Shown: positions 48,716 to 61,968 of the stretch, piece by piece | Layout of the letters: the number at the start of each line of letters is the position of its first letter | Numbering within the stretch: position 1 is the first letter of the stretch | Assembly: GCF_963921235.1 (NCBI RefSeq) | Contig: NC_086097.1 | Location: 12,586,001-12,650,000, forward strand | Direction: 5' to 3' | DNA from: Mobula hypostoma | Lineage: Eukaryota | DNA: 64,000 nucleotides | Notes under the pieces: model-generated | What the model was told of the DNA's origin: nothing | What the model saw: only the letters and a program-made list of their open reading frames with translations | Databases searched by the model: none | Made by a program: the position numbers and the translations under genes

Positions 48716-48949
48716 AACACAAAATAATTTACCATGTTTTCACTCATTCCTTGCAGTTTGTGTGATTTGTTCATTTTTTTGTGTGTTGTCTATTTGAAGT
48801 TTTCTTTGAATAGGTACCATGGTTTCATTTATTTCATGATTTTCTGTGGGAAGACGAATCTTGGGGTTGTATACTGCATATATACTCTGGTGATAAATGT
48901 ACTTTGAAACTTTAAATCATTGAAAATAATTTTACTGTTGGGCACCACA

Positions 48950-49240
48950 ATACTGCAGGAGTTAGCTTGATGCTAATACAGCTCGGGGCATTCTGAATTC
49001 AACTGCAGCGCCATCTGGAAGGAGTCTGTATGTTATCTCAACAACCACAAAGGTTTCCTTCAGTTGCTCTGTCTCCTCCTGTGGTCCAAAGACATACCAA
49101 TTCGTACGTTAATTGGAGATTGTACACTGTCCTGTGATTAGGCCTATCTTAGAAATATTGGTGGGTTGCTGGGTAGTGCAGCTTGTTGGCTGGTTGGGCC
49201 TGTTCCACTCTGTATTTCAAAATAAAATAAATAAATAAAT
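48950..49240 (+). mobile_element. HE1-like SINE
   Basis: V-core and (TAAA)n tail. Confidence 0.65.
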
Positions 49241-49804
49241 CTTGGCCAAATGTTTGTGCTGATTGGCCTAGATGGAGACAACAGCCGAAAAACTCCGCAC
49301 TCTGGTTTAACTGTATTTTGGGGAACAATATGAGAAAAAAATTAAAGATCTAAACTACAGATTTTCTTGAAGTAGTTCACATTGACTAAAATTTTATGAT
49401 GCATTTAGTCTTCAAATAATACAAAGGCAAAAAAAACCTATCATTTCAAAAGAAGTTGCAAAGAAATTTGAGAATATTTTTGTAACGTTACACTGTCGGG
49501 CTTCAGGGTGAAAACAGCAGGCGTAACTGTAGTATCATAAGAGATAAAGGCGAGTTTCTTGAGGTTTTCTGTTCGGTACCAAATCAACACTAGCCCAAAC
49601 CCTACTCAGGAAAAGGTGCCTGTTTTCTCTATCTTATCTCTTCACACTATCCAGCTGGCTGTGTTTTTTGAAAATCAATCTTGTTTTATGTATTTGAACA
49701 CCTGCCCTGTCAAAAACAACGTATGTAAACAAAAATGTGACTCATGCAGTCCATGGGCTTGAAGTTGTTTCCAGAAAGTGCAAACTAAGGGGTGTAGACC
49801 ATCG

Positions 49805-50390
49805 GAATCAAAATCAGGTTTAATATCACCATATCACCGGCACATGTTATGAAACGTGTTGTCTTTGTGGCAGCAGTACAATGCAATACATAATAATAGA
49901 CAAAAATGTGAATTACAGTAAGTATATATATAAAATAGTTGGATTAAATAAGTAGTCAAAAATAAAATAAAAGTAAAAAAATGAGTGTGGTTGTGTTCGT
50001 GGAGCTACATTATCCATTCATAAAAAGGATGGCGGAGGGGAAGAACCTGTTCCTGAATCACTGAGTGTGTGCCTTCAGGCTCCTGTACTTCCTTTATGAT
50101 GGTAACAATGAGAACCAGATATGACCTGGGTGATGGGGGCCCTTAATGATGGATGCCCCCTTTTTGAGGCATCGCTCCTTGAAGATGTCCTGGATACTGC
50201 AGAGGCTGGTGCCCATATTGGAGCTAACTAAGTTTACAACTCTCTGCAGCTTATTTTGAAGGTATGCATATCCCCCCCCACCCCCATACCAGACAATGAT
50301 GCAGCCAGTTAGAATGCTCTCCATGGTACATCTGTGGAAATTTGCAAGTGGCTTTGGTGACGTACCAGATCTCCTCAAACTCTCAATAGA
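49805..50390 (-). mobile_element. Rex1/Babar 3' fragment
   Basis: [26 protein letters not shown]. Confidence 0.85.
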
Positions 50391-50679
50391 TATCCAAAGT
50401 TCAAAGTAATTATCAAAGTACATATATGTCTCCATATACTAACCTCAGATTAACTTTCTTGCAGGCATTCTCTGTAGAACAAAGAAAATACAATAGAATA
50501 ATTGAAAAACTACACACAGACAGAGACTGATACATCCTAGGATTCACAGGGACATATCATCAATGATGTAACCGGGGTCATCGGGTTTTTCGGGTCCATT
50601 CAACATTGGCTTTCTCAACCAGGTGACCCACCTGGTGGTGATCAGTCCCAGCAGCATTGGCCTACGGGTCACACCTACA

Positions 50680-50965
50680 ATAGTGTAGTACTTGGCACAA
50701 TGCCTCACAGTACAGGCGACCAGGGGTCGATTCCTGCTGCTGTCTGTAAGGAGTTTGTACGTTTTCCTTGTGACTATGTGGGTTTTCCTTCGGGTGCTCC
50801 AGTTTCATTCTATATTCCAAAGACGTACCAGTTGGTAGGTTAATTGGTCATTGTAAATTGTCCCATGATTAGGCTAGGTGTAAATCAGGCGATTGCTGGG
50901 CAGCACGGCTTGAAGTGCCAGAAGGGACTGTATCATGCTGCACCTCAATAAATTTTTAAAAAAGT
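50680..50965 (+). mobile_element. HE1-like SINE
   Basis: tRNA-like head with GGGTCGATTCC B box; V-core. Confidence 0.75.
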
Positions 50966-51834
50966 TAATAAATAAGTGGGTGAGAAGAAACTATTTCCTT
51001 TCTAGGAACATCAGAACAAGGAGATATTGCCAGCAAGTTGGAGCTAAGATATTAAGAGCAAAAATCACAGGAAGCATTTACACAGAAAGAATAGTAGAAA
51101 AGAGAAGCTGACTTCTCTGGAAAGTTTAAGAGCCATGTGTCAATCGAAAATCTGCAGGCACTTGTTACATTTCTGTGAGGCAAAGACATTGTGGGTGAGC
51201 GGACCAAATAAAGAGAAAGTAGTTCTCAAGAGGTAGATTAGCAAATAGCAAATCAAGAAGCAGAAAAGACTCACTGAGTGGCCTAAAATGAAAATAGAAA
51301 ATATTGTAAATAGGTCAGGCAGCACAGGGCGGAGAGGCATAGCATTTTAAGTGGCAGGGACTTTATCAGAACTGGGAAAGTGACATAAAAAATGTTTAGA
51401 AGACTGCAGGGGGTTGGTTTGGGATTTGTAGGAAAAGGAATGTTTCTGATTGGGTAAAACCAGGGTGAGTATGAGAGAAAACTGCAAACATTGGTCAATG
51501 AATGAATGGGAGCAATTTGAAAGTGAGAATGTAGACAAAGAAATTTAGGATTTCAAAACACAGAGCAAGAAGACATGTCCACCAGATCAGATTGGACCCA
51601 TCCGCCACTCCCAGAGGGAGAAAAGAAGCAAACTGATAAAGAAAGAAATGATTTGAGCTAATATTATGGATTGATGAACAATACAAACAAAGAAACCAAG
51701 TTACCCTGATTTAGAGAATTCAATATTGAATTTTGAAAGCTTCAATGTGATCGGACAGAAATGAGATGGAACATAAAACTTCACGGGAGCAGGGCCTTTG
51801 GCCCACAGTGTGGTGCTAGACCAATTATTTATTT

Positions 51835-52519
51835 AGATTAGATTAGATTATGAGGACACTCAGTCCCCATTTATTGTCCTTTAGAAATGCATGCATTAAA
51901 AAATGATACATTGTTCCTCCAGAATGATATCACAAGAAACACAGGACAAACCAAGACTAAAACTGACAAAATCACATAATTATAACATATAGTTACAACA
52001 GTGCAAAGCAATACCATAATTTGATAAAGAGCAGACCATGGGCACAGTAAAAAAAAGTCTCAAAGTCCCGATAGACTCATCATCCCACGCAAGCGGTAGA
52101 AGGGAGAAACCCTCCCTGCCACGAACCTCCAAGCACCGCAAACTTGCCGATGCATCACCATTGGAAGCACCCGACCGCAGCAGACTCTGAGTCCGTCCGA
52201 AAACTTTGAGCCTCTGACCAGCCCCTCCGACACAACCTCTTCGAGCACCATCCTCTGCCGAGCGCTTCGACCCCACCCTGGCCGCCGAGCAACAAGCAAA
52301 GCCGAGGACTCGGGGCCTTCCCCTCTGGAGATTCTGGATCACACAGTAGCAGCAGCAGCGAAGCAGGCATTTCAAAAGTTTCACCAGATGTTCCTCCTTG
52401 CTCTCACGTCCGTCTCCATCAAATCAGCATTGTGCACAGCACCCTACTTGACAAATAACAGACATCACCACCAGAGTGGCCGCTGTGAGCCGCGTCGCGC
52501 CGCCATCTTCTCCTCCCTC
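51835..52519 (-). mobile_element. GC-rich non-autonomous retroelement, copy 3
   Basis: (TAGAT)n tail on the + strand; 5' end GGAGGAGAAGATGGCGG on the minus strand. Confidence 0.8.
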
Positions 52520-53548
52520 ATTCATATTTATTTATGTTTGTGGATTTCAGAAGGAGTAAGATGAAAAAATACACACCAGTTCTGATCGGGGGATCAGAAG
52601 TGGAATGAGTGAACAATTTCAAGTTACTGGGCATTAACATCTCTGAGGATCTATCCTGGCCCCAACGTATTGATTCAGTGACAAAGAAGACACAATAACG
52701 GCTAAATTTTACTTGGAAATTTGGTGTGTCACCAAAAACTTTCAACTTTCTACAGATGTACCGTGGAGAGCATTCTAATGGGTGCATCACTGTCTCGTAT
52801 TGGAGTGGGGGGGCATGGTTTGCCACAGCGCAGGATCGAAATGAGCTGCAGAGTTATAAACTTGGTCAACTCCATCATTGGCACTATCCTCCCCAGCATC
52901 GAGAACATCTTCAAGGAGCAATGCCTCGAAAAGGTGATAGCCATTGTTAACGACCCCTATCACCCAGATGTGCCCTCTTCTCATTGCTACCATCACGGAG
53001 GAAGTACAGGAGCATGAAGGCACACAATCAACAGTTCAGGAACAACTTCTTCCCCTCTGCCATTAGATTTCTGAATGGACATTGAACCCCCAAACACTAC
53101 TTTACTACTTTTTTTTTTCTATTTTTGTACAACCTACTTAAGTTAACATTTTTGATACACAGTGCCTATAAAAAAAGTATTCACGCGCCCTTGGAGGTTT
53201 TCATGTGTTATTGTTCTACAATATTGAATCATAGGGGATTTAATTTGGCTTTTTTTGGCACTGATTAACAGAAAAAGACTCTTTTGTGTCATAGTGAAAA
53301 CAGATCTCTACAAAGTGATCTAAATTAATTACAAAGATAAAACACAAAATAATTGATTGCGTAAGTATTCACCCCCTTTAGTTTGACACAGCAGATCATC
53401 AGAGGTGCAGCCAATTGGTTTTAGAGGTCACATAATTAGTTAAATGGCCCATGTGCAGTCAAGGTGTTTCAATTGATTATCGTAAAAATATACCTATATC
53501 TGGAAGGTTCATCTGCGAGTGAGTCAGTATCCTGGCAAAAACTATACC

Positions 53549-54717
53549 ATGAAGAAAAAAGAACATTCCAGGCAACTCTGCAAAAAGATTAATAAGAAGC
53601 ACAAGTTAGGAGATGGGATTCCAAGTCACTGAATATCTCTTGGAGTACAGTTAAGTCAATCATCAACAAATGGAAAGACTATGGCTCAGCTGTAAATCTG
53701 CATTGAACAGCCGCTCTCAAAAACTGAGTGACCGTGCAAGAAGGGGGCTAGTGAGGGAGGCCACCAAGAGATCTATGACAACTCTGGAGGAGGTACAAGC
53801 TTCTGTGGCTGAGATGGGAGAGACAGTGCACACAACAACTGCTGCCTGGGTGCTTCACCAGTCACGGCTTTATAGGACAGTGGCAAAGAGAAAGCCATTG
53901 TTGAAAAAAAATGCACCTGAAATCTCAGCTAAAGTTTGCCAGAAGACATGTGGGAGATTCTGAAGTCAGCCAGACTAAAGTTCTATGGTCTGATGAAACC
54001 AAAACTGAGCTTTTTGGCCATCAAACTAAACACTCTTCCTTCAGTTAGTCCTGACGGAGGGTCTCGGCCTGAAACGTCGACTGCACCTCTTCCTATAGAT
54101 GCTGCTTGGCCTGCTGCGTTCACCAGCAACTTTGATGTATGTTGCTTGAATTTCCAGCATCTGCAGAATTCCTGTTGTTTAAGCTAAACACTATGTTTGG
54201 CGTAAGTCAAACACTGCACATCATCAAAAATACACCATCCTAACTGTGAAGCATGGTGGTGGCTGCATCATGCTGTGAGGATGCTTCACTGCAGCAGGCC
54301 CTGGAAGGCTTCTGAAGGTAGAGGGTAAAATGCATGCAGCAAAGTACAGGGAAATCCTGGAGGAAAACATGATACATTCTGCAAGAGAGCTGTGACTTGG
54401 GAGATTTGTTTTCCAGCAAGACAATGATCCCAAGCATAAAGCCAAAGCTACACAGGAATGAATGGCTTAAAACCAACAAAGTTAATGTCCTGGAGTGTCT
54501 AAGTCAGAGTCCAGACCTCAATCCAATTGAGAATTTGTGGCTGGACCTGAAAAAGGCTGCTCACTCACGATCCCCATGCAATTTGACAGAGTTTAAGCAG
54601 TTTTGTAAAGAAGAATGGGGAAAAATTGCAGTGTCCAGATGTACAAAGCTGACAGAGACCTATCTACACAGACTCAAGGCTGTAATTGCTGCCAAAGGTG
54701 TATCTACTAAATACTGA
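53549..54717 (+). pseudogene. Tc1 DDE transposase pseudogene
   Basis: WSDETK, FQQDNDPKH and SPDLNPIENLW motifs; frameshifts, stops and a PLE insertion. Confidence 0.9.
54035..54183 (+). mobile_element. ~150-bp Penelope-like pLTR end inserted in the transposase
   Basis: TSD CTAAACACT at 54026-54034 and 54184-54192; hammerhead motif at 54047-54082. Confidence 0.88.
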
Positions 54718-56537
54718 CTTGAAGGGAGTGGGTAATTATGCAATTAATTACTCTGTGTTTAACAATTGTAATAAATTTAGACCAATTTATTGAAATTTGT
54801 TTTCACTTTTACATGGAAGAGTCTTTTCTGTTGATCAGTGTCAAAAAAACCAAAATAAATCCACTGTTATTCAATGTTGTAAAACAATAAAATGTGAATA
54901 TTTCCAAGGGTAGATGCATACCTTTTATAGGCACTGTATATACTTACTGTAATTTCATTTTTATTACTATGTGTGGCAATGAACCGCTGCCACATAACAA
55001 CAAATTTCATGGCATATGCCTGTGATATTAAACCTGATTCTGATTCTGAATTAAGTCTTCCAGCCCTTTGAATTGAATGCCCAGCAATCCCCAACAGCCT
55101 TAATTTAATCCAAACCTAATCAAAGGACAATTCATATTGACCAATTAACCTACCCAGTACACCTTTTGACTGTGCGAAGAAACTTGTAGGACTCAGTGAA
55201 AATGCCCACATTCCACAGGGAGGACATATGGATATTGCTAAATTAGCAATCAAATGGCCTACTAAACTAATTTCTTTTGCCTTCACAATGTCCATATCCT
55301 TCTATTTTCCTCACGTACAGATACTGTTCCTTCAGCTTACAATTGGCTTATTCTAACCCCCACCATCTCCGGGAGACATTGGCACATTTTTATTGCAGCA
55401 GCTTAAATGGGGTCAACCAAGGGTGTTATTATTTTTTTTAACCATATTTTTATTGTAGGACCCTTTCAGACATTAAGAACTAATATTACTGTGGGTTTAC
55501 CCCATCAGCAAGTTACTGGTCGACAGAGAAGGTGAAGGAGCAGGACTTGGTGTGGACCATACTGCTGCCTGCACCAGACAGGCTTCGGAGGAGATGGTGT
55601 GAGAAGGCAATGAGCAATTTATCAGCGAGTGATCATTTTGGGTGCTTTTCTTCTAATCACAAGGTCCTGTTGGATGTTGTAAAACTGGAATGCCTTAAGA
55701 CGATTCACTGATTAATTGACGGAATGCGGGGGAGCTGCGTGGCCTCAGTCATAGCGAGGACTTGGCCTCAAGCCGCCAAGCCACCAAGTGGATGGGCATC
55801 AGTGTCGATGTGGTCCACGGAAGGCCCCTGTGTTCTCTGGGCAGAAGGCACGCTGTGTGATGTTTGATTGCAGATTGCTGCCAAATTCATGGACTCAGAG
55901 TTTTGTTCTATTTTTTTTGTTCTGTATTTTACTGATATCTTATATACGCATGCTATCTTATATGTACTATACAGTATGTGTTTTGTGCTGTTTGTGACTG
56001 TTGTTACTGTATTATGTAACTTGGCCCCAGAGTAACACCGTTTCATTTGACTATATTCATGTGCGGTCGAATAACAATTCAACTTGAACTTGTAACTTGA
56101 ATTTGTTCTCCTGCTCTGCTTTTCACTATATGCTTTTGACTGCGTTGGAACCGCTTGTTCAACTGCTCCCATTTACTCATTGACTAAATAACCCTGTTTG
56201 CAGCTTATCTCCATGGTGACCTATCAGAAACATCTCATTTGCTCCCATCATTCCTGCATCTTAACACACTCCTTTTATCTCCTTCCCAGTTCTAACAAAG
56301 GGTCATTGAAATCAAGCATTATTTTTTTCTCTTCCCACAGACATGACCTGATCGGCTGAGAATTTCTATCGTGTTCTGCTCTTTATTTTAGAATTTCAGC
56401 ATCTGCATACTTTCTCTTGACTTTTCACTGAATGGCCTCCTCTCTTTCCTAAGAATGTGTTTGATGTTTACACAGCCACTTACTTAGATCTAGTAAAATG
56501 AAAATATTAAGGTTATTTAAAACAGTTCTTTGATATA

Positions 56538-57074
56538 CATTCAGTGGCCACTTTTTAGGTACACCTGATCGTTAACGCAAATATCTAATCTGCCGATTCT
56601 GAGGCAGAAACTCAATGCATAAAAGCATGTCGACACGGTCAAGAGGTTCAGTTGTTGTTCAGAATGGGGAAGAAATGTGATCTAAGTGACTTTGACTGCA
56701 GTATAATCGTTAGTGCCTGATCGGGTGGTTTGAGTATCTCAGAAACTGCAGATCACCTAGGATTTTCACAGGCAACAGTCTCTAGAGTTTGCTGAGGATA
56801 GTGCAAAAGACAAACAAAAAATTATCCAGTGGGCAGCAGTTCTGTGGGTGAAAACAGTCTGTTAATGAGAGAGGTCAGAGGAGAATGGTCAAACTGGTTC
56901 AAGCTGCCAAGAAGGCAACATTAACTCAAATAACTACATGTTGCAACAATGGTGTGCAGATGAGCATCTTTGACCCTTGGAGTGGTTAAGCTACAGAAGC
57001 AGAAGACCACAAACACACACTCAGTGGCCACTTTATTAGGTACAGGAGGTTCCTAAAAAAGTGGCCACTATGTG
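56538..57074 (+). mobile_element. Internally deleted Tc1-like element
   Basis: TA|CATTCAGTGGCCACTTT..AAAGTGGCCACTATGTG|TA; extra TIR copy at 57018-57044. Confidence 0.75.
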
Positions 57075-57094
57075 TATCGGTATGACCAGGTATA

Positions 57095-57215
57095 AAAATC
57101 TAGACTGACACTCCAGTGCCAAACAGTGGAATTATTGCATTGTAGGAAGTGTTCGTATTGAGACAGAATGCCAAAATGAGGCAGTGTTTTCTCTCCAAGC
57201 CTGATGTGAAATATC
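57095..57215 (+). mobile_element. DeuSINE-like fragment
   Basis: CTGACACTCCAGTGC..TGCATTGT.GGA motif, recalled from consensus. Confidence 0.4.
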
Positions 57216-57499
57216 TGGTGAGATGCTTGTGAAAGACAGTCAGGTGAGTTCTTCCTTGTTGCTCTGGCACTCACCTTCCAGTCACTGCTTTTTGTTGTTT
57301 CACTTTGTCTTTTGTCCTCCTCCAGGTCAGGGATGCTTAGAATCATAGAGTTATGGACTTGCACATCACTGAAATGGGCCCTTGGGTCTGATTTTCCCAA
57401 GCTCACACGATACAATTCTGCTTTAATCCCATCTACTCGTATTAGGCATGAACCCCAGTAAACCTTCCCTATCCGAGTACCTGTCCAAACACTATTGGA

Positions 57500-58065
57500 A
57501 AAAAAACTACAGTAAGTAATGGGTACAGCCCAGTCCTTCACAGGTAAGGCCCTCCTCATTATTGAGGGCATTTACAGGGAGAGCTGTTGCAGGAAGCCGT
57601 CATCCATCACCAAAGACACCCATCACCCAGGCCACGCTCGCTTCTCACTGCTGCCATCAGGAAAAAGGTACAGGAGCTTCAGATCCCACACCACCAGACT
57701 CAGGAACAGTTATTTCCCCTCAGCCATCAGGCTTTTGAACTAAAGGGGATAACTTTGATCACCCCAGGACTGAAATGATTCCAGAGACTATGAACTCACT
57801 TTTAAGGACTCTACAACTTGTGCTTTTGATATTTATTGCTTATTTAGCTTTTCTTTCTTTTCTTTTTGTATTTGCACAATTTGTTGGGTCTTTTTTTGGC
57901 AAATTGGCTATTTATCCATCTCTATCACATACAGTTTTTCATTGATTGTATTGTGTTTCTTTCTAATTACTGTGAATGTCCACAAAGAAATGATTCTGAA
58001 GATTGTACATGGTGACACATATGTACTTTTATAATAAATTTATTTTGAATGTTGGACTTTGAACT
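57500..58065 (+). mobile_element. Rex1/Babar 3' fragment
   Basis: KDTHHPGHARFSLLPSGKRYRS..RLRNSYFPSAIRLLN. Confidence 0.85.
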
Positions 58066-58464
58066 GGTTTTAAATGATGTAACTATATTTACCTCTAGCA
58101 TCTCCTCAGGCAGCTCTTTCTATATAAACATCATCCTCCATGTTAAAAAGTTGGAAGATGTCCATGGCCACACCTTCTCTTTGCCCTGATGGCTCTGGAA
58201 GAGAGAAGTAATGAAGTGCTCAGAGAATTTTCAGAGTGCACACTGCTCAGATGTTGTGACCTATTTTCAAACTACTCTAGAAATTGATCAGATGTGTCTC
58301 AAAAATTACCTTCAGTGCTCTGGGCAACAAAAACATGAAATATTTGGTGGACATCACTTTAAGTGGTAAGTGCCTATTTAAAACTAGTGATTAGGAAACT
58401 GTGTGATTTGACACTCTAGGTCTGATGAAATCCTGAGAAACAAAAAGAGGATTCACAGTAAGTT

Positions 58465-58755
58465 TTAGAAGGAGGTGAGTTAGACAGCTCTTGTTACATG
58501 CACATGCATTTCAACTCTTTGAATGATTATGCAGAAAGTTTGAAGTTAATAACTCATCTCCTTCTACCTTAGGCCACAAACTTACCAAGCATCCCTGCTG
58601 TGGACACTTTCTGGAGGTCCAAGATCCGTATGCTCCGCGACCGCTGGACTAAGTGTGAAAATGTAGGAGGGGACTATGTTGCAAAAATAAATGTGCTAGG
58701 TTTTCTAAAATTGACTCCTTCTACCTTAGGCCATGAACTTATCAGTCACCCCTCG
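58465..58755. mobile_element. Right half of the mariner-derived MITE family
   Basis: Matches 27850-28126; ends CACCCCTCG|TA. Confidence 0.8.
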
Positions 58756-59107
58756 TATATACTTAAAGACTGTAATTCAGTCTTTTTCTCTATTATCTTG
58801 AATTGCATTGTACTGCTGCAGCAAAGTTAACAAATTTCACGACATATGCCAATGATATTAAACCTTCATTCTGATTTTCTTGTATGCATTTACAAGAAAA
58901 TGAAGAATTTCAATAGATTTTATGAAAACCATACATCAACAAGGACTGACAAACAACCAATGAGCAAAAGAAGATAAATTGTGTAAATAAAAAATAGCTA
59001 AATAATACTGAAAACATGAGTTGTGGAGTCCTTGAAAGAGAGTCTGTAGAGGTTGTGCAGTCAGTTCATAGTTGATGTGAGTGAAGATATCCACAGACTT
59101 TATTTAA

Positions 59108-59529
59108 CCCTTACATACTGTTCAGGTCAAATTTGACCCGCTTTGACATTTGACAGCAGTAAAAACACCCTAAATGTCATTTTTTTTTTAGCCGAAATTT
59201 GATGACTTTTCTTAAAGTGACACAAAATGCACAGAAATGAAAATATTTAAAAATGTTATACTTTTGTACAGGTGCTACAAATATTTGTACATTGAGGCTG
59301 TTCCGGGTCAAATTTGACCTGTATCTATTGCAATGGATATTAGATCTCTGAAACATTAATTTGGGATTAATCACCCATTTATTAATGTCAGACAAGCTAC
59401 TTATACATTCTAAATAGATCTGTGGTTCAAAATTTGATATAGACACTTGTTATGAGGGAATTCTTGGGCCGGGTCAAAATTGACCCAGACCATACTGTGA
59501 AGGTATAGAATATGAACAGGTTGCTTGGG
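59108..59529. mobile_element. piggyBac-like non-autonomous element
   Basis: TTAA|CCC..GGG|TTAA; 12/17 TIR; three GGTCAAA(T/A)TTGACC palindromes. Confidence 0.75.
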
Positions 59530-59689
59530 TTAAGCTGGGCTTTAGACTGGCCATCTCCCCATTTTTAAGTCTCTTACAATTTGCTGGCAAATTCTAACAA
59601 TGATAGAACTGAACATCTTTCTGGATCATTTCGGCAAGTGGTTAAAAGTACAAACGTTTGTAAATCCCATACTGTGAGCTCTGTGAGGA

Positions 59690-60160
59690 AGGGACCTTGG
59701 AGAACAAGTACATAGCTCTCTGGAATTTGGAGCCTCAGGTAGACAGGAAGGTGAAGAATGCTTCTGGCACGCTGACCTTCGTCAGTCAGGATATTGAGAA
59801 TAAAAGTTGGGAGGTTGTAGAAGTTGCTGAGGCTGCAGTTAGAGCATTATGTTACATTTTGGTTCCCTGCTATAGGGGAAATGTTATTAAACTGAAAAGA
59901 GTGCTGAGAAAGGTTTACAAGGATTGACAGTACTTGCGGGGGGGGGGAGGGGGGTGCAGGATTGAGTTACAGGAAGAGATTGAACAGGCTAGGACCTAAT
60001 CCTTGGAGCATTGGAGGCAGAGAGGTGAATTTGTAGAGGTGTATAAAATCATGAGGGGCATAGATAGGGTGAATGTACACAGTCTTTTCTCATGTTTGGG
60101 AATCAAGAACTAGAGGGCTTAGATTTAAGGTGAGAGGAGAAGACTTAGTAGAAGCTTGAT
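59690..60160 (+). mobile_element. CR1 3' fragment
   Basis: QVDRKVKNA.GTLTFVSQ.IE.KSWEV motif. Confidence 0.75.
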
Positions 60161-60224
60161 GGGTTGCACAGTAACGTAGCAGTTATTGTGATGCTTTACA
60201 GAGCCAGAGATCCAGCTTAATTCC

Positions 60225-61210
60225 TGCTACTGCACAGGACCGAAAGAAGCTGCAGAGGGTTCTAAATTCAGTCAGCTCCATCTTGGGTACTAGCCTACAA
60301 AGTACCCAGGACATCTTCAAGGAGTGGTATCTCAGAAAGGCAGCGTCCATTATTAAGAACATCCAGCACCCAGGGCATGCCCTTTTCTCACTGTTACCAT
60401 CAGGTAGGAGGTACAGAAGCCTGAAGGCACCCACTCAGTGATTCAGGAACAGCTTCTTCCCCTCTGCCATCCAATTCCTAAATGGACATTGAACCCTTGG
60501 ACACTACCTCACTTTTTAATGTATATTATTTCTGTTTTTTGCACAATTTTTAATCAATTCAATATATATATATACAGTAATCTATTTATTTATTTATTAT
60601 TATTATTATTTTATTTTGTTTACTTTCTTTTATTTTATGTATTGCATTGAACTGCTGCTGCTAATTTAACAAATTTCACATCATATGCCGGTGATAATAA
60701 ACCTGATTCTGATTCTGATTTTGATTTTGATCAATGAAAAATCACACCAACATGGGCATTCAACCTGTGTGTAAAAAACAACAAACTGAGCAAATATATG
60801 AAGAAAGAGATAATAATAATCAAATAGATAAGCAACAGACATGGAGAACACGAGATGAAGAGTTCTTGAATGTAACTGCATAAGTTGTGGGAACAATTCA
60901 GTGATGGGGCAAGTGAAGTTGAATGAAGTTAACCCCTTTGAGTCAAGAGCCAGATGTCTGAGGAATAATAACTGTTCCTGAACCTGCTGGTGTGGGTCCT
61001 GAGGCTCCGTATCTTCTTCCTGATGGCAGCAGCGAGAAGAGAGCATGACCTGGGTGGTGAGGGTCACTGATAATGGATGATGCTTTCCTGTGACAACACC
61101 ACGTAGATGTGCACAATGGTGGGGAAGGTTTTACCTGTGATAGACTGGGCCATATCCACTACTTTTTGTTGGATTTTCCATTAAAGGACATTGGTGTTTC
61201 CATACCAAGC
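60225..61210. mobile_element. Tail-to-tail Rex1/Babar 3' fragments (+ 60225-60720, - 60720-61210)
   Basis: The plus-strand copy closely matches 42785-43240. Confidence 0.8.
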
Positions 61211-61968
61211 TGAGGACTGCCTTCAGCATATTCTTGGACCATGTTAACCATTGATGCAAACAAATCATTTCAGAATCGAATCAGATTTAATATCACTGAC
61301 ATATGTAATGAAATTTGTTAACGTTATGGCAGCAGTAGAATGGAATACATGATAAATAAATATAGAGAAAAAAACTGAGTTACATTAAGTTGTCATGGTC
61401 CGGTCCATGAAGTCGACATTCCGGTTCACAGTCCGGTCCATCGATCCTTGTTCCGGGTTTTCCTGTTTTCTCCTTTGTTCAGTTGAGTGCCTCAATTGAG
61501 GCACCTGGTTTTCATTTTGGGCTGGCTACATAAATAGCTCCTGGGTTCAGCTTCATTTTCTGGACTGTTGCCTTCCCTCTGGAGCCTGGTCTGTAATGCT
61601 GTCAGGTTCAACTGCCAGAGCAAGACTGGGGCCCTGCTGTGTCAAGATAAGGAACAGTCTGTTGTTGTCCTTGCCTCTGCTGGGTAGGTATGGCTGTTTG
61701 CTGCTATCCTGAGTGGAGAACTGTCTCTTTGTGTACTGTGTATAGAAAGAACCCTGGCCTTTGGTCCTGTTCTCAAGGAGGGGGTCCTGGGTTTGTGTGC
61801 TGTGTACAAGTCCTGGGCCTACATCCTGCTCCTGAGGAGGGGTACTGGCTCTGTATTCCATGTTCCTGTGCTTAAGTCCGAGGCTCTGTGCTTCCCGAGC
61901 TCCTGGCCCAAGTCAAAGCTGTGTGTTCTTGTCCTGTCCATGTGCCTTGCCCAGCCCAGGAGTACCTC

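Larger units (their letters stand above)
53160..54936 (+). mobile_element. Tc1-family DNA transposon with ~220-bp TIRs
   Basis: CAGTGCCTATAAAA..TTTTATAGGCACTG|TA; long imperfect inverted repeats. Confidence 0.93.
52535..55050 (+). mobile_element. Rex1/Babar 3' fragment split by the Tc1 element
   Basis: RT C-terminal relic at 52535-53085; 3' UTR resumes at 54937 and ends (CTGATT)n. Confidence 0.8.

Noticed and set aside
59938..59955. Poly-G run or G-quadruplex
   Set aside because: Homopolymer expansion inside a decayed CR1; possibly a sequencing artefact
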